The translations under genes were made by a program, and so were the position numbers. The notes beneath the pieces are model-generated. The model saw only the letters and a program-made list of their open reading frames with translations. It was not told the origin of the DNA and did not search any database. A stretch of 63,985 nt of DNA, the filler included, from an uncultured bacterium (GTDB lineage Bacteria > CAYJOG01): NCBI GenBank assembly GCA_964371695.1. It is 4 parts of 4 records of this genome, joined end to end, with 100 filler letters (N's around TTAATTAATTAA, not from the genome) between each part and the next. Parts side by side here need not be neighbours in the genome. Positions count along the whole stretch, not along the records: positions 52,629 to 63,985 come from CAYJOG010000048.1; 3 more parts are not named here. One strand, written 5' to 3'. Each line of letters starts with the position of its first letter. Position 1 is the stretch's first letter. Below, in pieces: positions 55,970 to 63,985 of this stretch.

Positions 55970-58900
55970 CTACTGCACCACCACCAACGGAATGTCCTGG
56001 CTGGTGAGTGTGAGCGAGAGCGTGGGCACCACCGTGAGGGTGGGGCTGTCCGTGTAGGGGCCAAAGCGGATTTTGTCTTCGAACACCTCCAGCTTGTAAG
56101 GACTGGTGAAACCGGCGTCGCCGCCCTTGGCGTGGGCGGTGAACACACCCGGCGGAATGTCCATGGTGAACAGTCCCTCCAGGCTGGTTTTGATGAAGAA
56201 ACAGGGCACGGCGGGCTGTGTGGCGCCGCCGCTGGTGGTGTTTGTGGTGGTGGTGGTGTTCACCACGCCGCTTTCAAGCGGGGCCAGCGCATCGGTGGCA
56301 GCGAGCGGACAGAAAGACACCTCGGCGGGCACGCCCCTGCCGGTGGCAATGTTCTTGACCACACCCTTGAGCACCTTGGGCGCGGCGATGGGTTTGAGCA
56401 TGGCGCTGATGATGTTGCCCAGGTTGAGCAGCGTGGGCGCGGTGAGGGAAATCACCTTGGGTTTGCCGTCACTGCCCACCAGAATGGCCATGGATTCTTC
56501 GGCCTGTGGGCCCACCACGCCGTTGCCCTCGCGCCACACCGCCAGGAACGACACCTGATTGAGGGGCACCTTGCTGAACTTGAAATGGCCCGTGGCGTCC
56601 ACCGGGCCGTCGGCCAGGATGAACACCGGCGCGCCGGGGCCGGGGGGGTTGAGGAACAGCCCCACCGTGGGCACGTGGGTGGCCGTGGTGGTGGCCGAGG
56701 GAGAAAGGTCATTCACCGTCTTGATGAGCGGCTCCAGCACGCCTTCCAGGCTGCCTGCCTGGCCCGTGGGAATCGTGCCCTGACACACCGGCGCACCCAG
56801 CACCACGCTTACGGTGGTGTCCTTCACCACGGTCACCTTGCCCTCCATGAAACACGTGTCGTTGGTGGTGGCGAAAAAGATTTTTACCAGCCACACGCCG
56901 GCTTCCACCTCCAGGGTAAACGTGCCGTCGGCGGCGGTTTCAAAACCCGGAATGCACATCTGGGGCGCTGCGGCGTCGGTGGTGTTGGGGGTGGCGGTGG
57001 TCCCTGCGGCGGTGATGTCCAACCGGCAGGCGGTGACCTTGCCGCGCTGCGCCACGCCACTTGGCCCCACCAGCTTGCCGGTGAACTTGCCCCGTGCGCC
57101 GGGCACGGCCACGATCCACTCATCGGTGATGTTCAGCTTCAGGCCACCGGCGGTGATCTCCACCGGCACGGGACCGGCAGAAGTGCCATAAAAGCCCACC
57201 TTGTCGTCTTTGCCCAGGCCAGCGATGCCGTCCACTTCCAGATAACCCGCCAAAAAGTAGCGTCCCGCCTTGACGCTGCTGAAGCTGAAAGTTCCCGTGG
57301 CATCGGTAGCGGCGTCGGCGTGATAGGCGATTTTCATGTCGGGGCCGGGCGGCGAAAAGGCCAGCACCAGCGTCACACCCCCCAGGGGCGCGCCCTGAAA
57401 GGAAATGGTTCCGGCAAAGGTGGTGAGCGCAATGTCACTGGTGACATCTTCATCCACCTTGCCGTCGCCGTCGTCGTCAATGCCGTTGAAGCCGCCTTTT
57501 TCGTCGTCGGTTTTGCCGTCTTTGTCGTTGTCCACACCGTCACCGGGCATCACCAGCACCACAGGCTGGGGTTTGCTGCCCGCGCTGTTGGGGTCGCTGC
57601 CTTCCTTGATTTCGATGAAGTTTGGCACGCCGTCCGCGTCGGTGTCTTCGGGAGCGGCCACGGTGGCGGCGGGGGGCAGCGGCGCGGCGGGGTCACGCAC
57701 CAGATGGGGCGGAATGCGCCCGGTGCTGAGTGTCACCAGCACCTGCCGCACGGCTTCTTTAACGGCTTTGCGGGCCGTTTCGGGCAGGTCCGCCAGGCGG
57801 GCGTCCAGCTTGGCGTCCAGCGCGGTGAGGATTTCCTTGAGCCGGGTGCGGGCGAAGGTATCCACTTCTTTCGGGTCGGTGTTGGCGGCGAACTTGTCGT
57901 GAATCTGCCCCTCCAGGGTTTGCAGGGCGGCTTCCACCGATTCGATGTCCGAGAGCGCCATCAGGTTGTCCGCCGTGAGAATTTTGTTCCGCAGCAGCTT
58001 GGCGCGGGCGATGATGTTCTGAATCAGCGCGGCCTGATCGGTGAGGGGATCGGCTGATTTTTTCTGGGCTTCGTCCACCAGTGTCTTGAACTCCGCTTTC
58101 ACCTCGGCCGTGGAAAGGCCGGTGACCCGTGCGATGACTTCCACCGGGCTGACAGGCGCGCCCGCCTCGGCGGCGTCGGGGAACAGGAACCGCGCCATGG
58201 AGAGCAGCGCATGCACCACCTCGGACACCTCGTGGCGTTCCTCAATGCGGTCCTTGAGTTCGGCGTTGGTCACGTTGGCGGCCAGTTGGGCCGTGCCCGC
58301 CTGCTGAAACTCCTGAAACTTTTCGATGGCCAGTTTGTCTTCACCCGCCTTGGGGGGAAGTTTGGTTTTGAGTTCGTTTTCGAACTTGGTCTGGGCGGTG
58401 GCCAGTTGGGCTTCCAGGTTGGCTTTTTTGCTGTCGTCGCCCTTGGCCAGTTCTTCGCGGATGCGGATGGTGTCCACCTGATGGCGGCGGATGTCCTTGA
58501 TCTGCTGAATGGCTGCGTCGTCGGTGGCGCTGCCCAGTTCGGCCTTGAGATTGTTGAAGACCTCTTCGCTGGCGGCCTTCACGCCCTGGGCCATGTCGGC
58601 GGGGTTGAAGCCCTGGGTGAGCATGTCGCTGGTGAGGGTTTCCTTGATGATGGCCGGGTCTACCTTTTCAGCGGTCAGCAGGTTCTGCTTCACCACTTCC
58701 TTCAGCACGGCGGCTTCCTGATGGGTTTTCACGTCCACCGCCACGGCGTTGGTTTCGTCTTTGTCCACGCCGGGCAGAATCGCCTCGAGCGTGCTGCCGC
58801 TGGTGTTGTCCTTCAGTTGCACCACGCCGTTGATGACGGTCTCTGGCACCTTGGTGAACTGGAACGTGCCCTGGCTGGGGTTGGCCGGGTCCACCGTCAC

Positions 58901-59215
58901 AGGCACGCTGGCCACGCCGCTCACGGCCGTGAGCGCACCGCCCGTGCCCACCGTATATAAGGTGGCGGTGAGGGTGGATACATCCTGCACACTGCTGGCC
59001 CCACGGGCCGCCACGGTGCCGCCCGTGTCTACCGTGCCGGTGACAGTGGCCCCGGTGGTCTGGTTGTTGTTGCCCGTGCCGCCGTTGTTGGCCGGGGGCG
59101 TGACCACGACGGTGCTGCTGCCGCCGCCACCGCAACCGGCGCTCACGGCCAGAAAAGCCGCTGCCAGAAAAGGCAGACAACGGCGCGACAAAACCGGAAT
59201 AAAGCTGTGGTTCAT
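55970..59215 (-). CDS. Large (1081 aa) surface lipoprotein: beta domains, helical region, DxDxDG acidic repeats, prealbumin/carboxypeptidase-regulatory-like domains
   Basis: Lipobox SAGC plus Gly/Asn linker; DTDADG, DNDKDG, DDDGDG; GGGAGG RBS. Confidence 0.75.
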   Translation of the reverse strand: MNHSFIPVLSRRCLPFLAAAFLAVSAGCGGGGSSTVVVTPPANNGGTGNNNQTTGATVTGTVDTGGTVAARGASSVQDVSTLTATLYTVGTGGALTAVSGVASVPVTVDPANPSQGTFQFTKVPETVINGVVQLKDNTSGSTLEAILPGVDKDETNAVAVDVKTHQEAAVLKEVVKQNLLTAEKVDPAIIKETLTSDMLTQGFNPADMAQGVKAASEEVFNNLKAELGSATDDAAIQQIKDIRRHQVDTIRIREELAKGDDSKKANLEAQLATAQTKFENELKTKLPPKAGEDKLAIEKFQEFQQAGTAQLAANVTNAELKDRIEERHEVSEVVHALLSMARFLFPDAAEAGAPVSPVEVIARVTGLSTAEVKAEFKTLVDEAQKKSADPLTDQAALIQNIIARAKLLRNKILTADNLMALSDIESVEAALQTLEGQIHDKFAANTDPKEVDTFARTRLKEILTALDAKLDARLADLPETARKAVKEAVRQVLVTLSTGRIPPHLVRDPAAPLPPAATVAAPEDTDADGVPNFIEIKEGSDPNSAGSKPQPVVLVMPGDGVDNDKDGKTDDEKGGFNGIDDDGDGKVDEDVTSDIALTTFAGTISFQGAPLGGVTLVLAFSPPGPDMKIAYHADAATDATGTFSFSSVKAGRYFLAGYLEVDGIAGLGKDDKVGFYGTSAGPVPVEITAGGLKLNITDEWIVAVPGARGKFTGKLVGPSGVAQRGKVTACRLDITAAGTTATPNTTDAAAPQMCIPGFETAADGTFTLEVEAGVWLVKIFFATTNDTCFMEGKVTVVKDTTVSVVLGAPVCQGTIPTGQAGSLEGVLEPLIKTVNDLSPSATTTATHVPTVGLFLNPPGPGAPVFILADGPVDATGHFKFSKVPLNQVSFLAVWREGNGVVGPQAEESMAILVGSDGKPKVISLTAPTLLNLGNIISAMLKPIAAPKVLKGVVKNIATGRGVPAEVSFCPLAATDALAPLESGVVNTTTTTNTTSGGATQPAVPCFFIKTSLEGLFTMDIPPGVFTAHAKGGDAGFTSPYKLEVFEDKIRFGPYTDSPTLTVVPTLSLTLTSQDIPLVVVQ

Positions 59216-59383
59216 GGAAGTCCTCCCAAGGGGGTTTGACGAATGAGACGCTGGATGTGAAAAGAAAGTTTAGGGAACAGGCTGATTATTTTAGGACAAT
59301 CCCCAACCGCTTTGTTGTGATGCTGGTCACGTGTTGTGTTGTTGACGGAATCCCCCTCTTCCCATAACGGGGAAAGGGGAACT

Positions 59384-59459
59384 GGTAGAACAGGCTTCCA
59401 GCCTGTTCCAAACATAAACACAGGCAAGGTGCCACACAGGCAAGATGCCTGTGCTACCA
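59384..59459. repeat. REP doublet (GTAG family)
   Basis: GGTAGAACAGGCTTCCAGCCTGTTC ... CACAGGCAAGATGCCTGTGCTACCA, similar to the RAYT-flanking REPs. Confidence 0.75.
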
Positions 59460-59519
59460 AAATAAAACACACCTCCCGCCTCCAGCCTCCCGCCCCCTGC
59501 CTTATACTGACCCCCTTCC

Positions 59520-61307
59520 ATGTCAGGACCACTTTCCTCCACCACACACGCCGAGCCGTCATGGCCGCGCAAGGTGGGCTATGCCGGGGCGCAGCTTTCC
59601 GGCGGCCTCTTCACCATGGCGTTCATGACGCTGTTGATGATCTATTACAGCCCCCCCGGCGGCAGCGGACGCGAAGAGTTGATGCCCATCACGCTCACGG
59701 GTTTCGTGCTGTCGTTCGGGCGCATTCTGGACTCGTTTTTTGAGCCGGTGGTGGCCTATCTGTCTGACCGCACCCGCAGTCGTTTTGGCCGCCGCATTCC
59801 CTGGATCGCCATCGGCTCCATCCCCCTGTGCGCGTTCTTTTTTGGTCTGTGGTATGTGCCCGATTTCGTGAAGGCCCCCGGCGCCAACAAAGCGGGCATC
59901 ATCAACCCCCGCGACGAAGGTTACTGCATGAAAAAAATCGGTGTGCTCAGGGCGCAGCACCCCAAGTCTCCCGCCGCGTGGGCGGATCAAGCCCTGAGCA
60001 CCACCTGGGCCGGGCGCTGCGGGCCCATCATTGGCCGTGAGCGCATGGCGCACCAGCAGCGGCTGTGCCTGGATGAAATGGAGCACCTCAAAATCCGCGC
60101 CCTGGCCAGAGGCGAAAACTGGCAGACCATGGTGCGGCCCACCAGCAGATGCACATCTTATGGCGCGGGCTGCCCGCTTTTCCCCAAAGATCAGAAAATC
60201 ACCGCTGCGGGCACAGGGGGCCACGGCGGGGGCGGCACCTTTGCCCAGGTGAAAAAAGACCTGGCGAAATACTGGAAGGTGGCCCTGTGGCTGGCGGTGA
60301 TGAGCAGCGGTTTCTGGCTGGGTTTCACCGCCGTGTTTCTGCCCCATCTGTCTCTCATGCCGGTGGTGGCGGTGACCGACAAAAGCCGCATGTCCATCAA
60401 CCTCATCATGGCGATTTTCAACATTCTGGGCGTGCTGGTGATGCAGCTCATCCGCCCGGTGTTTGTCACCCTGGGTTTTGGCGACCTGAGCCTGTCTTAT
60501 TTTTTCAGCCTCACGCTCATCTGCGGTTTCTCCATCCTGCTCACGCCGCTGCTCATCCGCGAACCCAAAACCGCCGGTCAGGAGCACCACTATGGTTTCG
60601 TCCAGTCGCTCAAATGGACCTTCACCAACAAGTCTTTCATGATCTACCTGCTCAGCAACATCCTTTACAACATCGGTTTCACGGGGGTGCTGGGGGCCAT
60701 TGAATACATCGTGCGGCTGATGCTGCACCGCGAGCCGAACGACCTCATGCCCCTGGTGTACCTCACCATTCTGGGCGCGGTCATGATCAGCTTCACGGCC
60801 ATGATGAAGCTCTCGGAAAGGTTCGAGAAACGGCACATCTTCACCACCAGCCTGTTTGCCCTGGGGCTGACCACGCCCATGCTTTATCTGCTGGGCAACA
60901 ACACCATTCTGGGGTTCCCGGTGATCACCGTGGCCTTTGTGCTGTTTGCGCTGATCGGCCTGCCGGTGGCGGGCGTGATGAGTCTGCAAAACGCCCTGGT
61001 GGCCGACATTGTGGACGAAGACGAAATGAACAACGGTTATCGCCGCGAGGGCATGTTTTTTGGGGCCATGGGGCTGATCGGCAAGTTCACCGCCGCCGCC
61101 GTGCCGCTGATGACCGCCTGGCTGTTTAACATGGGGGGCTACTGCCACCCCGACTCCCCCACCAACATGGGGGTGCGCCTGCTGGGACCGGGGGCGGGTT
61201 TGTTTGTGCTGCTGGGGGCCGTGGCGTTCCTGTTCTATCCCATCCGCGAAAAAGAACTGCGCAAACGGCGCGAGGCTTTCATGACACAATCGGCTTCGAG
61301 TGAATAA
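59520..61307 (+). CDS. MFS transporter, GPH/MelB family, with a large loop insertion
   Basis: 'D....P....LSDRTRSRFGRR.PW', 'AD.VD.DE...G.RREG.FFG'. Confidence 0.85.
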   Translation: MSGPLSSTTHAEPSWPRKVGYAGAQLSGGLFTMAFMTLLMIYYSPPGGSGREELMPITLTGFVLSFGRILDSFFEPVVAYLSDRTRSRFGRRIPWIAIGSIPLCAFFFGLWYVPDFVKAPGANKAGIINPRDEGYCMKKIGVLRAQHPKSPAAWADQALSTTWAGRCGPIIGRERMAHQQRLCLDEMEHLKIRALARGENWQTMVRPTSRCTSYGAGCPLFPKDQKITAAGTGGHGGGGTFAQVKKDLAKYWKVALWLAVMSSGFWLGFTAVFLPHLSLMPVVAVTDKSRMSINLIMAIFNILGVLVMQLIRPVFVTLGFGDLSLSYFFSLTLICGFSILLTPLLIREPKTAGQEHHYGFVQSLKWTFTNKSFMIYLLSNILYNIGFTGVLGAIEYIVRLMLHREPNDLMPLVYLTILGAVMISFTAMMKLSERFEKRHIFTTSLFALGLTTPMLYLLGNNTILGFPVITVAFVLFALIGLPVAGVMSLQNALVADIVDEDEMNNGYRREGMFFGAMGLIGKFTAAAVPLMTAWLFNMGGYCHPDSPTNMGVRLLGPGAGLFVLLGAVAFLFYPIREKELRKRREAFMTQSASSE

Positions 61308-61330
61308 GGCATATTTCAAGGAGTATTTCC

Positions 61331-62593
61331 ATGTCCATTCCCGTGATTGATCTGAACGGCAACGCCTATGAACGGGGCCTGCAGCAGGGCGTGAAGCTGG
61401 GCCATCACTTTGAGCCCATGATGGAAGCCTTTTATGACAGCGAACTGTGGAAACACGGCAAACCCAAATGGCTGCCCCAGGCGTGGGTGGAAAACGTGTT
61501 CCGCGTGGCGGGTTTTCTGGCCACACGCGACGACGTGCGCAAACACCTGCCCGCCCAGGCCCGACGCATCGAGGGCATTGCCAAGGGCATGGGTCTGGAC
61601 GAGACCTATGTCTGGGGCATTCATTTTCTCGAAGTGATTTTTTGCGAAGCGGGGGCGAGTCTGGCCGCGCCGGGGGGCTGCACGCAGTTCCACGCCACCG
61701 CCGCCGTCACCCAAGAGGGCAGGCCCCTCACCGGACGCAACTATGACATCCCCAACATGCTGCTGCCCTATCAGGCCATCCGCCGCGAAACCCCCACCGA
61801 AAGCGGCCGTCTGGCCTCCATCAGCGCCACCCACCTGCCCATGGCGGGCATTCACCAGGGGCTAAACGAGGCTGGTCTGGTGGTGGCCTGCAACAACGCC
61901 CGCCTGTGGCGGGGCGAAGATTTCAAATACCGGGGCGTGCCCTATTCACTCCTCGCCATGGAGGCCCTGGAAACCTGCAAAACCGTGGCCGAGGCCGTGC
62001 GCTTCATCACCGGTTTCAAACAGCGCACCAACGCCGGCTTCATGGGCCTGATGGACGCATCGGGCGACTGCAAACTGGTGGAGTTCACCGCCTCGCGTTG
62101 TGAAGTGCGCGAGCCTGAAGCGGGCGGTTTCATTCTGCAAACCAATCACTTTCAGAAAATGACTGAGGCCAATCTGCCCGAAGGCACCTTCTGGACAGTG
62201 CAGGGCATGGAGGGGCTGGAATATGCCCGCAGCACCAAGGCGCGTCTGGCCTCTGTGCAGAAAGACGCCCGGAAAGCTGCGGGCAAGGTCACGCTGGACA
62301 CGCTCAAAAAAGCCCTCAGCAGCCACGGCGAAACGGGCACGGGCAGCGACCTGACGGTGTGTTGCCACGGGGATTCCGGCAGCACGCTTTCCAGTTTCAT
62401 GGTAGACCCGGTGAAGCGGGAGTTTTATTTCGCCCTGGGCAACCCCTGCGAAAACGAATACCAGAAAATCACCTTTGCCTCGGCCCAAAAAACCGCCGCC
62501 CGACCCGTTGCCCCCAAGGCCGCAAAACCTAAAACCCCGGTCAGGAAAAAGGCCGCCGCCGCCAGAAAAAAACCCGTCGCCGTGAAGGCGTGA
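61331..62593 (+). CDS. C45-family Ntn hydrolase/acyltransferase
   Basis: 'G..YERG.QQG', GGCT autocleavage site, 'GRNYD', 'GLNEAGL', 'TNHF'; AGGAG RBS. Confidence 0.8.
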   Translation: MSIPVIDLNGNAYERGLQQGVKLGHHFEPMMEAFYDSELWKHGKPKWLPQAWVENVFRVAGFLATRDDVRKHLPAQARRIEGIAKGMGLDETYVWGIHFLEVIFCEAGASLAAPGGCTQFHATAAVTQEGRPLTGRNYDIPNMLLPYQAIRRETPTESGRLASISATHLPMAGIHQGLNEAGLVVACNNARLWRGEDFKYRGVPYSLLAMEALETCKTVAEAVRFITGFKQRTNAGFMGLMDASGDCKLVEFTASRCEVREPEAGGFILQTNHFQKMTEANLPEGTFWTVQGMEGLEYARSTKARLASVQKDARKAAGKVTLDTLKKALSSHGETGTGSDLTVCCHGDSGSTLSSFMVDPVKREFYFALGNPCENEYQKITFASAQKTAARPVAPKAAKPKTPVRKKAAAARKKPVAVKA

Positions 62594-62604
62594 GGGAGAA
62601 TGTG

Positions 62605-63045
62605 CCCTCTCCCCTTGAGGGCTTGTCATGACCCACAAATATGGCCATCCCCGGCGTCATTCCCGCGAAAGCGGGAATCCAGTCAAACATAAAACACCTT
62701 ATTCCCCTCTCCCCTTTACGGGGAGAGGGTGGCCGCAGGCCGGGTGAGGGGTTATTCAAAAGCAAAAATCCAAACAAGGTTTTTTCCTTTTGTTTTTAAA
62801 CCACAGGCGCGACGCCCCCGTCGCGCAACAACCAACACGAAATCAGGGGTTTTTGCCCTTCACGGCGACGGGGGCGTCGCCGCTACTCAGGTAAACCTGA
62901 CAGCAATGGGCGAGACGCCTGTGGCTACTGCGGTGTCACCAGGAAACGAAGTTTTTGTCCATGTTTTGCTAGATTCCCGCTTTCGCGGGAATGACGGCGG
63001 GAGACAATGGGATTTTTTCTTTTACCAACTTCCATCTTCCGGCCC
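62605..63045. repeat. Nested mosaic of palindromic repeats
   Basis: dRS3-like pair 62656-62682/62969-62995 (inverted), CCCTCTCCC palindrome near 62704, perfect 16-bp inverted pair 62809-62824/62865-62880. Confidence 0.8.
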
Positions 63046-63051
63046 GAAAAC

Positions 63052-63985
63052 TCAGCAGGCCCGGACCACATCCGCGCTCAGGTGCGCCGTGGCGGCCTCG
63101 GCCTCTGGCGTGGCGCTGTGCCACTTCTCACCCAAAAAGCGCTCCACGTGGGGGCTGGGGGTGACAAGCGGCTCATAAAGCGTGGCCCGCCGCCAGGGGG
63201 TGAAACCGGCCTCTTGCAGGCTGCTCAGAATGCGCCGCTCACTCAGGCCCGTGCCGTGGCCGCCCCCCGCTAGGCGCGTAATGCTTTCTTCATAAAGCGT
63301 GCCCGAATAATCGTCGCAGATATCCAGCAGTGAAATGGCGAAGGGTTCCCCCAGCTTCACCCAGCTCACCTGCAAATGCCCAATCACGGTGCCCATAAAA
63401 AGCCGCGTCACGGCGTAGAACCGTTCGATGGCCTCGCGGGAAATGACCTCAGTGCGCCCGGTGGTTTTGCCCAGGCGCGTGAGGGTGGGCACAAACAGCA
63501 GGGGCACAAACTCGCTGATCAGTCCCGTCTGCTGCTGGATGGCCCGGATCACCCCCAGGTGGTGCGCCACGTGGGCGGGGGTTTCAATGTGGCCGAACAG
63601 AATGGTGGCGGTGCTGGGGTGGCCCAGGCGGTGGGCGGTTTTCACCACATCCACCCAGTCCTGGCCCGTGAGCTTGCGACCGGCCACCCGGCGGCGCACA
63701 TCGGTGTGCAGAATCTCCGCCGCCGTGCCGGGCATGGAGTCCACACCGGCAGCCATGAGGCGCGAAATGATTTCTTCCACGCCCAGGCCGGTGCGCAGGT
63801 GCAGGGCGTGGATTTCCTCGGGGCTGAAGGCGTGCAGGTGGGCATGGGGGAACCGCTGTTTCAGCCCCCGGCTCAGGTCCAGATAAAAGTCAAAGTCATA
63901 GGCCGTGTCGATGCCTCCCTGAATGCAGAACTCATCCACCCACGGCGTTTCGGCGGCTTTCTCAAAACATTCCTCAAGCGTGAAA
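63052..63985 (-). CDS. cofH: CofH-family radical SAM protein (5' end outside window)
   Basis: 'HAFSP.EI', 'SMPGTAAEIL', 'Q.SWVKLG', 'GTL.EESITR.AG'; frame open to the window edge; MqnC/MqnE not excluded. Confidence 0.65.
   Translation of the reverse strand, partial: FTLEECFEKAAETPWVDEFCIQGGIDTAYDFDFYLDLSRGLKQRFPHAHLHAFSPEEIHALHLRTGLGVEEIISRLMAAGVDSMPGTAAEILHTDVRRRVAGRKLTGQDWVDVVKTAHRLGHPSTATILFGHIETPAHVAHHLGVIRAIQQQTGLISEFVPLLFVPTLTRLGKTTGRTEVISREAIERFYAVTRLFMGTVIGHLQVSWVKLGEPFAISLLDICDDYSGTLYEESITRLAGGGHGTGLSERRILSSLQEAGFTPWRRATLYEPLVTPSPHVERFLGEKWHSATPEAEAATAHLSADVVRAC

Overview
GC-rich bacterial draft/MAG-style sequence. It consists of four separate contigs joined by artificial 100-nt linkers (N44-TTAATTAATTAA-N44 at 17831-17930, 35547-35646, 52529-52628), plus three 10-N scaffold gaps that look like false gaps with overlapping ends. 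Most content is chromosomal housekeeping: mutL end, hflKC, folP, a sigma54 two-component system, pfk, a PpiC foldase, tRNA-Ser(UGA), mdh/sucDC, queEC, rho, mrp and a cofH-like gene. There are also many envelope/glycosylation genes and lipoproteins. Four things stand out. (1) An apparently intact phage terminase large subunit and a portal-like gene sit alone among host genes, with no capsid, small terminase, tail or integrase; a REP-associated HUH tyrosine transposase bracketed by 34-bp identical direct REP repeats lies between them. (2) A ~250-nt non-coding structured region has two 24-nt hairpins whose loops are perfectly complementary (CATTGG/CCAATG), a candidate kissing-loop RNA. (3) A lower-GC type II restriction-modification cassette is present. 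(4) Several interspersed palindromic repeat and MITE families occupy the intergenic regions. No CRISPR array or rRNA was seen. All product calls come from motif recognition by eye, not from database searches.
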